Source: Bugula neritina (Eukaryota > Animalia > Bryozoa). Taken from it: a DNA stretch of 28,554 nt. The notes under the pieces are model-generated. The model did no database searches and had not been told where the DNA came from. It saw nothing but the letters and a program-made list of their open reading frames with translations. The stretch spans positions 1-28,554 of the forward strand of contig CAXIUT010000217.1 of assembly GCA_964035545.1 (NCBI GenBank), in the 5' to 3' direction. Below, one piece after another: positions 1-11,000 of this stretch (position 1 is its first letter; the number at the start of each line of letters is the position of its first letter). The position numbers and the translations under genes were made by a program.

Positions 1-113
1 CCCAACCCCAACCCCAACCCCAACCCCAACCCCAACCCCAACCCCAACCCCAACCCCAACCCCAACCCCAACCCCAACCCCAACCCCAACCCCAACCCCA
101 ACCCCAACCCCAA
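1..113. repeat. Left telomere, (CCCCAA)n
   Basis: Perfect C4A2 tandem repeats from base 1, followed by a partial CCAA (114-117). This is the Tetrahymena-type ciliate telomere repeat. Confidence 0.99.
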
Positions 114-201
114 CCAATTATCTTTATTAAAGAGAATAAGTAATTGATATAAGTTGTAGTTTATTATAGATCTTATTTTACATCAGGTTATATTCCCAAA
201 T

Positions 202-1373
202 ATGTTTTGCATCTTACCTTGCGCAGCTATCAAAGATAAAGTCACTCTCTCACCTGTTGGCTCAGCAGCTTCCATCGCTCCCAAAATGGACTCAGTCAGA
301 GCAGAAATTAGAAAGTTTTCAGACATTGACTACCTTCTCTCATCATTACAAAAAGGATAAGTCGTTATGAGCCATAAAGTTGCTTTTGATAACTACCTTG
401 CCTCACATGTTGATCTCATGAAAGCATATGTTTCTACCTTCACTCCTTGCAATTTTGTCTATTCATCTTTCTTTGGAGGAAAAGATATCGATACTACTGG
501 ACTTAATATGAAAGATCAATGGGGTCTAGAGATCGTTATGAGTCGTTTGAACCTCAGTTCTATTTATCAAGCAGGATCATACAACAACATGAGAACTATC
601 TTTACAGAAACAGCCAAAAGCTACAAATAAGGCGCTAAAGCATCGCCTGAACTCATAAAAAATATCCAAATCACCTTCCAATACTTTAACTAAGGATATC
701 AACCACTCAAACGTCTTTTACCTTACTTTGATGCTGTTTAAAGTCTAACATCTGAACCAGTTAGAATAAAATATCCAGAGCTTAACAAAACTGTCTTTGA
801 AATATACACCCAAATGTTGACTTGCAACCTAGCTTATTTGAAAATAGAGAAATGTAGACAACTTAGAGAATTTGGAAAGTGCAAGTAAGCTTCTTGGGCA
901 GTTTATCTACGAATCAGAGACTGTAAGGCTCGTTTAGAAGGAGTTAGAGGCCAGATAGGCTCTGCATAAATGTCTGACTTCTTTGATTTGGGCTAATATT
1001 TCTACCAAATCCTTGCCTTCTATTTTATGCTCATGGAACATGAATAAAACAAAATTAACGAAGACTACGGCTTCAAGAAGAAATAATTCCAGCAAATGAT
1101 ATTTGATAATGTGGTAGTTTGCTAATAGGCCTAGAAACTAATAGTCTAGGCCAAAGGACGACTGAAACAGGACAATGATAACGTTATTTTCGGGATTGGT
1201 ATCTTAGATGTGGTATTAGTATAGGTGCAAAGGTAATTATTCACTGATTCAGATTTAAATATCGATATAATATCAATATCCACTAGACAAAGGCCAATAA
1301 GCCTTCAGTGGCAGTAGTTATAGGCAGAAGAATGGGAGCATCTACAATCTGGGAAGGACTTGACTACTTCTGA
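202..1373 (+). CDS. BRO1-domain-like protein (~383 aa; TAR=Glu; one 20-nt intron)
   Basis: TGA-free frame from ATG 202. Motifs resemble BRO1: NFVYSSFF, GLEIVMSRLNLSSIY, YPELNKTVFEIYTQML, LKQDNDNVIF. Removing 1233-1252 gives ...TIWEGLDYF-TGA(1371-1373). Without splicing, the frame stays open to 1701. Confidence 0.7.
1233..1252 (+). other. Putative 20-nt spliceosomal intron
   Basis: gtaattattcactgattcag has the same GTA...AG, 20-nt form as the other introns. It is not strictly required for an open frame. Confidence 0.6.
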
Positions 1374-1601
1374 TTATTCAATTTGTATTTTATAACATCA
1401 TTATTTCTACAGTTTCAGAATGCGTTATCGACATACCATAAAGTTATTAACATCCATTCATATCAACGTTTTCCACTCCTCATCCTCAGCCTTTTGTGCA
1501 GGTCTTTGCTCTTTCTTTTTTGTTAAGTTTAAAGAGACAGCCATCAATAGATGTAATTTAAATAAAGGAGTAAAAATCGGAAGAAGTAAAAAGTATAAAG
1601 A

Positions 1602-1910
1602 TCATTAATGTAAAACTATGAAAGATTCTTCAGTGAGAGGTTATGATTCTTCAAGACAAACCTCCAAACTTGTAGAAGAATATTGTATGGCAGGTGAGTG
1701 AAAGAGAGGTAAAGGCGGGAGTTTTTTGACCTTTATGCTATGAACTTTCATGATATCCTTTGAATTTAGTTTGTGAGTTCTAGATTTCACTTTAATCGAT
1801 ATGAATTTCTTTCCCATCAAGACTATTATTATATCATTTGTTTTATCATCCGTATTAAATCTGAACAAAATAAACCATCCAACCATTCCCGACACACCTT
1901 TTCTCATCAT
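1602..1910 (-). CDS. Possible small hypothetical protein (102 aa)
   Basis: The ORF-track frame MMRKGVSG... extends through TAA(Glu) to TGA at 1604-1602. No recognisable domain. Confidence 0.25.
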
Positions 1911-1991
1911 GAATTCACCTAAAACAAAAAGTCATACTTATCTCTATCTGATCATACCATTTTTATCAAGATAACGTAGATATATATTTTA

Positions 1992-3833
1992 ATGTCGATA
2001 GTACTTCCATGCTGCCAAAGCAACTAACCATACCTCGGAATGGACTCAAATTGTTTAAAATAAGCCATTATCTGTCTAACCCACTCTCCTCATACCTCAA
2101 ATGACGGAGTTATCCACAATATCATGCCTCTTAACCATTTTAGAAGAACTCTCAACTAAGTCAAATTCGCAATGACTGATAAAGTTGCTGATCTCACCGA
2201 AAAATACTCACAATTCATGGACTAACTTCTCAACTAAATAACTGAACTAAAAATGCGTAAAATGATATAGCTAAGTATGCTGTGGGTAAGAGAACTAGCA
2301 AGTAATGAATAATAATACTAACAGCTTAAAAAAGTATTCAGAAATGACTATCAAGGTCTCACATGTAAAGATGTACAACTGTTTTATAATAAAATAACAC
2401 ATACTAATCAACTACAGCAACAATCTCTGTAGTCCATTCCAGCATATAAAGATCTCTGTGCTATTATGGATAAATTAGCAAATTCACCCAAACTCAAAAT
2501 GATCATTTCAGAGAAAGTATCACATCTTGAAGGTATTCTATAGAAAGGATAAATATTGAAGAAAGCACTACCTGATAGAAAAATATTTAAAGAACACACC
2601 AAATAAATACTATTAGAACCTATCAACCTAAATTGCTTTGATCTTCGCTACAATAAAGCTGAACTCAAGGTTGGAGGAACTAAGTATCAATCTCTCCTCT
2701 CAAAATATCCACTCATTCCGCATACCAATCATCACCTCTTTATTAACACCAAATACACCAACCTTATTATTGGTATTTGCACGAAATAAATAAAAAGTAG
2801 TAACTAGACCAAAGATCTCCATTATAACTAAAATTCAATCACCTTTAACTGTTCCAATGGCTGTCTATACCGAGATGGTATGTTCTAAAGTGGTCAGGCT
2901 AACCTTACAAAGAATATAAAAGAACTGCAACTAATACTCAAAGTTACTGATTAGGAAATGATTCTTATGATAGGAAAGAATGTTGTTTGCAGAACTCAAC
3001 TTGGAAAACTTATTAGTAGAAATCTATATTTGCATGTCTTGATGAGAACTCAAGGAGATTGGATAGAAATAGATAGAGATCAAGAATCTTTTATTGGTAC
3101 ATTTCCAGAAAGAAGAGAATAGTCATCAATTTTAATACCTATAAATAAAACAAACGAAGTCAATGAATAGTCAATCTAACAAGTTTAGGTTGATTAGAGT
3201 TCAGTATAAAATCCAGTAACTCTATAAATCCCAAGAGAATCTCCATAATTTGGTTCGAATAACATAAACGAATTCACATCTTTTTCTTCAAAAAAGCCAA
3301 TATAAATGAGCAAAGTATATTAATCTCAATTTTAACCTAAATAAAGTGAAGTAATAATGACGAGAAACATCCCAAATTACATCTAGAACTCACCTCTAAA
3401 AGAATCAATAAAACTAAGATAAACCAACAAAGATATTCAACAATCCCTATAATTAAGACTAGCTAAAATGAGTCCATTGAAAAATAAGAATAAATCACAA
3501 TTTAGTCATATTGCAGAGAAATCACAAGTCAGCAATCGAGCAGACAAATCAAAAGTACTCATCAATGTTGATTCATCTGTCTTGGGTTCAGTATAGCTAA
3601 GTAGTGAGAGTTAATATGTGTATACACATGGAAATAAAGATAAACTTTTGAGTCCTGCCGTCATCACACCTCTCAAATCGCAAATTGATAGCTAGCTCAA
3701 AACAGAAAGATAACTCTATGATATTCCATCTTTACAGGGAAGAAAAAAGAAGAGCAGCGAAATCGATAACCTAAGAATAACTGCTATGATGGATGGCTTA
3801 AGAAAAACATAAATCAACTCAGAATGGCTCTGA
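1992..3833 (+). CDS. Cys/His-rich (B-box-like) + coiled-coil + SPRY/B30.2-like domain protein with low-complexity tail (613 aa)
   Basis: Uninterrupted TGA-free frame of 614 codons. N-terminus PCC...CLKEAIICLTHSPH...H, then a helical segment, then LIIGICTKE...ITFNCSNGCLYRDG...LYLHVLMRTQGDWIEI, which resembles SPRY beta-sandwich motifs. Confidence 0.75.
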
Positions 3834-3879
3834 ATCTTCAACTATGATATTTTAACAATCAATTCAATAAAAGATCTAA

Positions 3880-4714
3880 TCATTCCCATCTCTTCTTCTA
3901 AGCACTATATTCGAGATGATTTTTTCCAGGAGAACATCTAGAAGGTCTCATTGGTAGCTCTTCAACAGCACATCTTCTCTTCTTCTCAAATTAATATCCT
4001 CTATATTACTAAATATATCAATTTTTACCTGTTTGTATCTTGACTCACCCTAAAATTTTGCTTTATTTCCCATATACCGATCAGCTTCATTAGTATTAGG
4101 TCTATTTGCCTCGATTTTATGCGCTTTAAATTCGTTCTAATATGTACTTTTACCTTCAAAAGGAATTTTTCTAGGATTGTAGATATCAGGTTGAGCTGTG
4201 TAAGGTTTTTAGAGCCTTTTAGGAGAAAATTCATTTTAATAGGTACTTTTACCCTAAAATTTGGTTGGAGGTTGGATGTATTGAATAGGACTCATTGGCT
4301 GATCGACTTTTATCTTACTTGGAATATAACTTTGTTTATATTCACTTTCTCCTTAGAATCTAACTTTATTAGGATGATATTATGCTTTTTATTTAACTGG
4401 CGTTTGAAGTTTGATTCCATTAGGCTTATAGGCAGTTTAATAGGTGGATTTAATCAGTTTAGGATCATAATGATGCTGTTAAGGGACATATTTAACTTTA
4501 TCTTGAACTTGATAAGGAATTTTGTATGGTTTGTAGTCTCTTTCATAGCTCGAGTTGCCATTGAATGGAACAGATGGTTCAGGACAAGTGTGTTTTCCTA
4601 TCTAATTGATGTATTACCACAGGTACATATCTCACAGACACATTTGTGATCATGATTGCTACTTCTGTTGCTGTTTTAAGGATTAACTGTCTTTTTTCTA
4701 GGTGGAGTTTGCAT
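3880..4714 (-). CDS. SAXO: SAXO/STOP-family (FAM154-like) microtubule inner protein (264 aa; two 20-nt introns)
   Basis: After splicing, the N-terminus reads KCVCEICTCGKHTCP, the hallmark of SAXO1/FAM154. It is followed by repeated Mn-like motifs F(E/N)GxSxYxxx(Y/F). The spliced length of 795 nt is divisible by 3. Confidence 0.9.
4009..4028 (-). other. 20-nt intron
   Basis: gtaaaaattgatatatttag. Removal completes the last repeat (SRYKQ|EY) and gives the tail ...HLEYSAEKKRWE*. Confidence 0.85.
4030..4565 (-). repeat. Intragenic ~32-33-codon SAXO Mn-type repeats
   Basis: PFNGNSSYERDY, IKSTYETAY, RFEGESEYKQSY, KFEGKSTYENEF, PFEGKSTYENEF, KFEGESRYKQEY. Confidence 0.8.
4598..4617 (-). other. 20-nt intron
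   Basis: gtaatacatcaattagatag. Removal restores the conserved CTC-G-KHTCP motif. Confidence 0.95.
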
Positions 4715-4779
4715 CAATAAAAATAATAAAATATAGAAATTCGTTTAAAATAAACTATTATCATTATAAAGTTTAAAAA

Positions 4780-7700
4780 TCAAGTCTAGTAATGTTTAGT
4801 TGTTAGTTTAAGCTTAGATATAAATTACGTTCTCTTAGGATCTGTTCCCCAATTTTTTAATCCTTTTGCTTGACCTTACTTCTTCTATTAAGAATTCTAC
4901 TATTTCCTCTTTAATTTCAATTGAATCTTCGCCTTCTCTGCTTATTTGGTCTTTTCTTAAAGCTTTTTTTCATAATTAGCCTAAATAATCATGGCTTTTT
5001 ATTCGAGTTAAGTATTTGCCTCTTTTAAACTCATCACTATTAAGGCATTTTTTGATTATATCTATTATATTTGTTATTGATGTAATGCTTATTTTCGTTG
5101 AAAACTATCTTGGATTTTTTATAATTAAGCATACAACTAATTGATTTGAATATTTTTTTCATTAATGACTTACATCAATTTATCCTACCCAGAATATTGT
5201 CCTTATCTACTTTAAGCCTGTCTCTTCTGATATTGAATTTAAGATTCAAGATGATAGTTCATTTATCTGAGCTATATACATTGATTTTTAAAATGAATTC
5301 TTTCTTTTTCTAAAGACTATTTTAGTTTTTCAATCTGCCTATCTGTTTCTCTTACATATGTTTTTAACTATGTCTACTTTCTCTGCATTTCTAGCTTATA
5401 TGAATATTTCTACTATGTCTATTTATCTAATTCATTCTAAAATTTAATTTTAGCTGCTTTCTAACTTTAAAGGCTTCTATGAAGTCTAGCCACCACATCT
5501 TCAAAAAGCATTGGATGGATAAAACCTGCCTTAGCGATTACTTTTTTATTTAAAGTCTACATCTTTTTGTTCAAACGACTTTTCTCACTTTATAATTATC
5601 TTACCTTTTTACTATGAAGTTTCTACATCATTGCTATCTATCTCCTCAAATCATTTATCTATTCAGAGGTCTTTGAAGCCTAGATAAGCAATTTTTTATG
5701 AGTCTGTTTCTCTCTCTCATGCAAAACTAAATTATTAGTGTAAATTGATTCTATCTTAGCCTTCTCAAATTTTAAATCACTGTATTCTTTCGATAAATGA
5801 CTCACTCGAGTAGTCAATTCATCAACTTATTCCTTATGAGCGTTTAGTTAATTCTATAGGTGATCATGAATTGCATCGTGTTGAGACCATTTTGCATATA
5901 ATATCACATACTTCTTTTCCTGAATTTAAAGATCTGCCTCAAACTTTTTCTTCAAAGATATACATTCACTAATCTTTCGATTCAGCTCTAACTAAATTTA
6001 AAATTTCTCATCTTTGGCTGTCTTTATATCTATTTCATAATTCAATTTATCATTGTGAATAATGTTGAGCTGTTCTGTCATCTGAGAAGAATACTTCCTT
6101 TACATAACAAGATCTTTTTCTAATCTTTAGCATATAATTCTTGTCTCCTTTAGTGCTCTATTCAATGAATCTACCAATTTAGTATGTTATACCCTCTATA
6201 ATACACTACTTTTAGTCTAAACTTATAATTTTAGTATCTGCTCAAGTAAGTTCTCTTTCTACTACTTCCTTTCCTGTATCTACTTTTCTTGCATTTTATT
6301 TTTAGATGATAAAAGATCCACTTCAGATTGCAAAGTAAAACCTCTCAAATCAAGAGAATTGACTTTATTTAGAAGTTAGTTCAACTGATCTAAATTCTTT
6401 TCATTCATCTTGTTCAAATCAATATTATCACAAGTTAATTTCTTGAATTATTCTAACTGAGCATTAGCTGATGATTTCAATATATCAATCATCACATTTG
6501 AACTCTTTAAAACCTGTTCAAGTTGGTATATCTTTTTATCCTTATCTCTCTCTTAAAACATTTCCTCTTGTTTGAGTTTTAATTCAAGTTATAACTTCTC
6601 CTTCAGCTGATATTCATTTAGTTTTAATCCTTCGATTGTCAATTAATTATTTTTAAGATCTTTTCTCAATTGTCTTAGATCTTCCAAAGCTTATTAATAA
6701 TTCACATGTAAATTTCTATTGCGTTCTTTTGTTTTTATCATTTCCTAAGATATTTTCTTATTAACTTGATCTGTCTTCTCAAAGTCATCAAATAAATTTA
6801 AATGTAATAAATTTAGTCTTTCATGAACCGAATATATTTTATTGATTTTATGTTAATAAGATAGTCTAAGAGTAACTTCAGTATTATAAGCCATTTCCAT
6901 TTCCCTAAAATCTGATTCAATTTGACTACTTTTAGCTTATACTTCGACCAACCTAGAAACCAACTCTTTATTCTACTTATCTATCTTACCCAATTTCACT
7001 TAGAAACGTTCATCAGTCGTATTTATTATATGCTGCTTTTTCTATAATTCAGAGATAATTTTTTTTTAATTTTTCACCATGTCACGCTAAAGTTCACCTA
7101 TTATCGTCTCAAATGATCCTTAACTACAATATTCCAGTAAGATGGCATAAACTTTCCAAATGGTTTTGATAGTAGGTAAATTATGAGAAGCTATCTCCTT
7201 TATAGTATTATTAAAACCTATACTATGAACAAACAAAGTTTGATAGAGCCGATAGATTGCTTAAGGATTAATACCTCTTGAAAGAAGACAATTTTTATCC
7301 AATCCAAATCTCTATAAAGCCTTCAAATGACCATCTTGAGTTTAATCATCCAAAACATAGTCAGATAAAATTTTATTCAACCAATTCATTAAATATTTAT
7401 CATCCAATCTCCACTTCCCTCCATCACTACCAGGCTTCCTTTTTTGTTTGACTTTTTAAAGATTAAATTTATATTTTTCTTAAGAAGAATTTCTTTTTTA
7501 TTGACTTTAGTTTGCAGTAGCCTACATTTTAGGTTAAGACAATATTCTATTTTTCTTTTGTGATGTTCTACATCGATTTTACTGACTTACTTTCCATTGT
7601 CTATTTTTGATTCCTTCTTTAGAAAACTGATTATTTAAATTAGACAAATTGTTGGATTCATTTTGAATTGTTTAATTCGAAGATAAAGAAATAAATTATT

Positions 7701-8000
7701 GATTAAGAGTACGAGTAAATTGTTTAAGCAGTTGTTAAGAAGTACTATCTATAACTTTAGGTTGTCTTATTCTTTTCATAGCTATTATGTTATGAGGATG
7801 TCGACTCAAATTTTAATTCAACTAGATAGATCTATATTTACATCAATTATCTCGCTTTCACTATCAATTATGACCCTTTCATTGATATTAGTTGTTTCTT
7901 CTTGTCCTTTCTTCTTTGTTATATTATTATTTAGTTTTTCATGGATTGATTAATTTGTTTTTAGTTATTGAGTCATATCGGTTGTTAATCTCTCCTTCAT
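4780..8000 (-). CDS. Long coiled-coil protein with an unnamed globular N-proximal domain (~1066 aa; one 20-nt intron)
   Basis: Open frame after removing 7822-7841 (3201 nt, divisible by 3). The block FGLDKNCLLSRGINPEAIYRLYQTLFVHSIGF...IWKVYAILLEYC is followed by ~750 aa of E/K/L-rich heptads. An alternative start is ATG 7976. Confidence 0.8.
7822..7841 (-). other. 20-nt intron
   Basis: gtaaatatagatctatctag. Without splicing, the frame hits TGA immediately after it. Confidence 0.8.
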
Positions 8001-8021
8001 TGTATAACTTATTATTTAAAT

Positions 8022-11000
8022 ATGAGTTTAGTCCACTAAAGCTACGTTCAATCATTGCTCAGAGACTGTGATCAACTCTCACAAAAACAAGAACGTTAAG
8101 CCAGATAAACAGTTATCAAAAAACTTGATCAAATCTATGCCATCTTCAAAGAAAATGTAAGATAAGCCTTCTCCAACTATTCACTTGATGTCCTTGTTAG
8201 GTTCACAGAAATCGCTGTTTAGGTAAATCTTTTATGATTCAAGAATCCATCTCGTTTTGACAAAGCTGCTTAGATTATTTAGCTATTCTTTGAAAGAGTT
8301 ATCAGTTCAAATCAATTCTACATTCGTGCTCTTCTGGTGAAGGCTAAAGTGATAGCTTATAGTTCCCATAACAGAAACGACAAAGGATAAGAAATGCTTT
8401 AGTCTCTTCGATAGTCAATCTCCTACATATCTAAAGCTTTGGATTTGATTTCTCCTCAACAATAGGCAGCTCAAAAAGGAAAAGATCCAAAAGGTCAAAG
8501 TTCAGAATCTTCAAATAAAGCTAGATATGCTTTTCTCATCTATAATGCTTCTACAACACTCTATAAGGTGACTCGCTTCATGTTGAGACCTGGATGGCAA
8601 AAATCATTTGCAGATATATACTAAAGAATTTATAAATTACTTTAAGAAGTTGATGAAGGAGACCATAATTGGAGAAGTCGTTTCTCTATGATGCTTTATC
8701 AATGCCTTTATGATGCATAAAAAAAACCAGATGCCTTTAAAGTTCTTGATGCTCTCTGGGAGAAAACTAAAAATAAACCTTGTGATTTTCAAGATTCACT
8801 CTTCAGATTGAGATGTTATCTTTGCAAATAGAATAATGCACTTACTGCAAGCATCAAAAAAGATATTTAAGGAGCAGATCCAAATGGATGGAAAATTCTT
8901 GAACCTCTCCAAAGAATGAGATCAGGTTTAGTTCCTGAAGCGCAAGTTGAAAAATAACTTATGGGAATAGTCAATCAAATATCTCTAGGAGTACTAAGTA
9001 ACAGTGAAAATTCTAATCATCCTCAATTATCTCCAATAATGCAGTAAAGACTTGCATAAGCTGGCAGAGTTGCCTTAAGATTTAATCTAAGCAGTCTAGC
9101 AGGATCAATAGTAAGCTACCTAGGAAAGACAAGACAACCCAGTCAAAGAGCCTTAATTCTCAACTAATACAATAAAGCTGAATTATTGATTAAAAAGAAA
9201 GGTGATTATGTTGATAAAAATACAGGAATGAGTATGAGTGCTCTTCAGATTAAATAAGCATAAATTTAAAACAGAAAATAAGCTTTAAGAATCATGGAAA
9301 AAGTCATGCTAATCAATAAAAAATTAAATAATGCCGAACTTATCTACTAAGGTTCAATTATTGTATGGAACATAGCTCTTCCTTTCCTTTCCCCTCAGTA
9401 TCATCACTATGCAGCTCGTCCTTTGGATCTATCTCTTTCTTTACTTCAGCAAATCGATAGCAACGATCATTAATTGAGAACAAAGTTTCATTTATAACTC
9501 ATCAGCATCTATTTTTCAAATGATCTCATGTTTTCAGAAGTATAAAGCAATGTCTTCAAAGCATTAAGACTAGATCCTTCAATACCAACAGCTAAATTAA
9601 CAAATAAGCCATAAACATAAGAAGATCCTTCTCTTTATACAAGACCTTATCATCGATACTTGAATTAATTCAGACAAAAAGTTCTATTAAAAACAATGCA
9701 AGTAATCTAGCCATCTCCTTTGGACATAGTTACTCAAGATTTATGGACAATATAAGATCACAAATCATAAACTACTAAGATTGATACTCTTCAGAAATGT
9801 CTTAGATTGCTTCTTTCATATGAAGATCCACCTTTCGCAGTTATTCCTGAAGATATGCTTGTTGAAGAAGAAATAAAGAAGAAGAAGTTATAATACAAAA
9901 TATAAAAATTAAGATCATTGAAAAGGAAGAAACTTTTAGCAGCAGAAATAGCCAAATTATCATTCTAATGGGATCTCAATGATTTTGCTAAAAAAGCTTC
10001 AGAGTTTGTTTTAGCTGATGTCTGGGATATTAAAAACGCAATTTAGTTGGTTATAGCTCAAGGTCACTGCAGTCTATATATGGCTCAAATAAAAATAGAT
10101 GAACTCTACCAACAAAACTACGAGCCATTATTCGAATAAGAATAAAATCCTGATTTAACATAAGATCAAAAGAAATCAATAAAAGATCAAAAGACAGAAA
10201 CACTCACATATCTAAGAAAAAGTTTATAATATTCATTAAGTACTCAACAGAGCTATCTTGTCTTCAATGGAGCTATCTGTATCTGGAATAACTTCTTACA
10301 TATCTTTAGAGTTAATTCTAACGATTCTAAACTACGTGCAGATTTATCAGCTCTCTTAAAAGACTATTTTGAAGCCATGAGAAACACTCTTAAGTAAATA
10401 TAAACAAAAGGAATCATCTATTATGATTTAGATGATAAAATACAAGCTTTCTCAAATATTGGACTTGTCTATGCTAGAATATTAGAAGGACAAAAACAGA
10501 TCCCTCTTGTTTAAAAAGTTTGTTAAGATCTTCTGCTGACCAATCTCTCTCCTAATACCAGAAAACTTATAAATGCTATCAAAGCAAGAGTATCAGGAGG
10601 AAAAGCGCCAACTGGTTCAAAAGCAGCTGATCCTAAAAAAGGAGCGCCTCCACCACAAAAAACAACTGGTTTCAATGACACATTTATACTTGAAATCAAT
10701 AACCAACTTTAAATCATACAAAATACACAAAATAAAACTTAACTCGAAAATCAAATCATTAAAACCTTCTAATCTCTTGATAGCTGGAAACCTAATGAAC
10801 AAGACTAGTGTTAATTAGAACTGCATGCTTAGCTATGGGTCAAACTTGCTCGACTTGCATCGAATTAGGATTCTTCTAAGTTGCTTAAATATGCTTTAAG
10901 ATGTTCTTAAAAAGCATTAGCTCAATGCAAAAGTTCTCAATCATCAATAATTCCGTCTAACAGATTAAGATGGTATAGTTTAGCTTAATTTCTTTCTTCT

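Noticed and set aside
1338-1510. Short resemblances to RNase P RNA (GGGAAGG..GACTA), the U2 5' end (CTCAGCCTTTTG) and an 18S-antisense guide
   Set aside because: The partner motifs (P4 complement, GTAGTA branch-pairing box) are absent and the matches are too short.
4119-4649. 176-aa plus-strand ORF in the supplied track, and similar ones (7699-7953, 17955-18263, 18330-18578, 24114-24320, 25693-25944, 27145-27459)
   Set aside because: They are antisense shadows of real minus-strand genes that appear once TAA/TAG are read as Glu.
7568-7590. Apparent 23-nt intron gtaagtcagtaaaatcgatgtag
   Set aside because: The frame is open without it, and removing it leads into a TGA-terminated frame.
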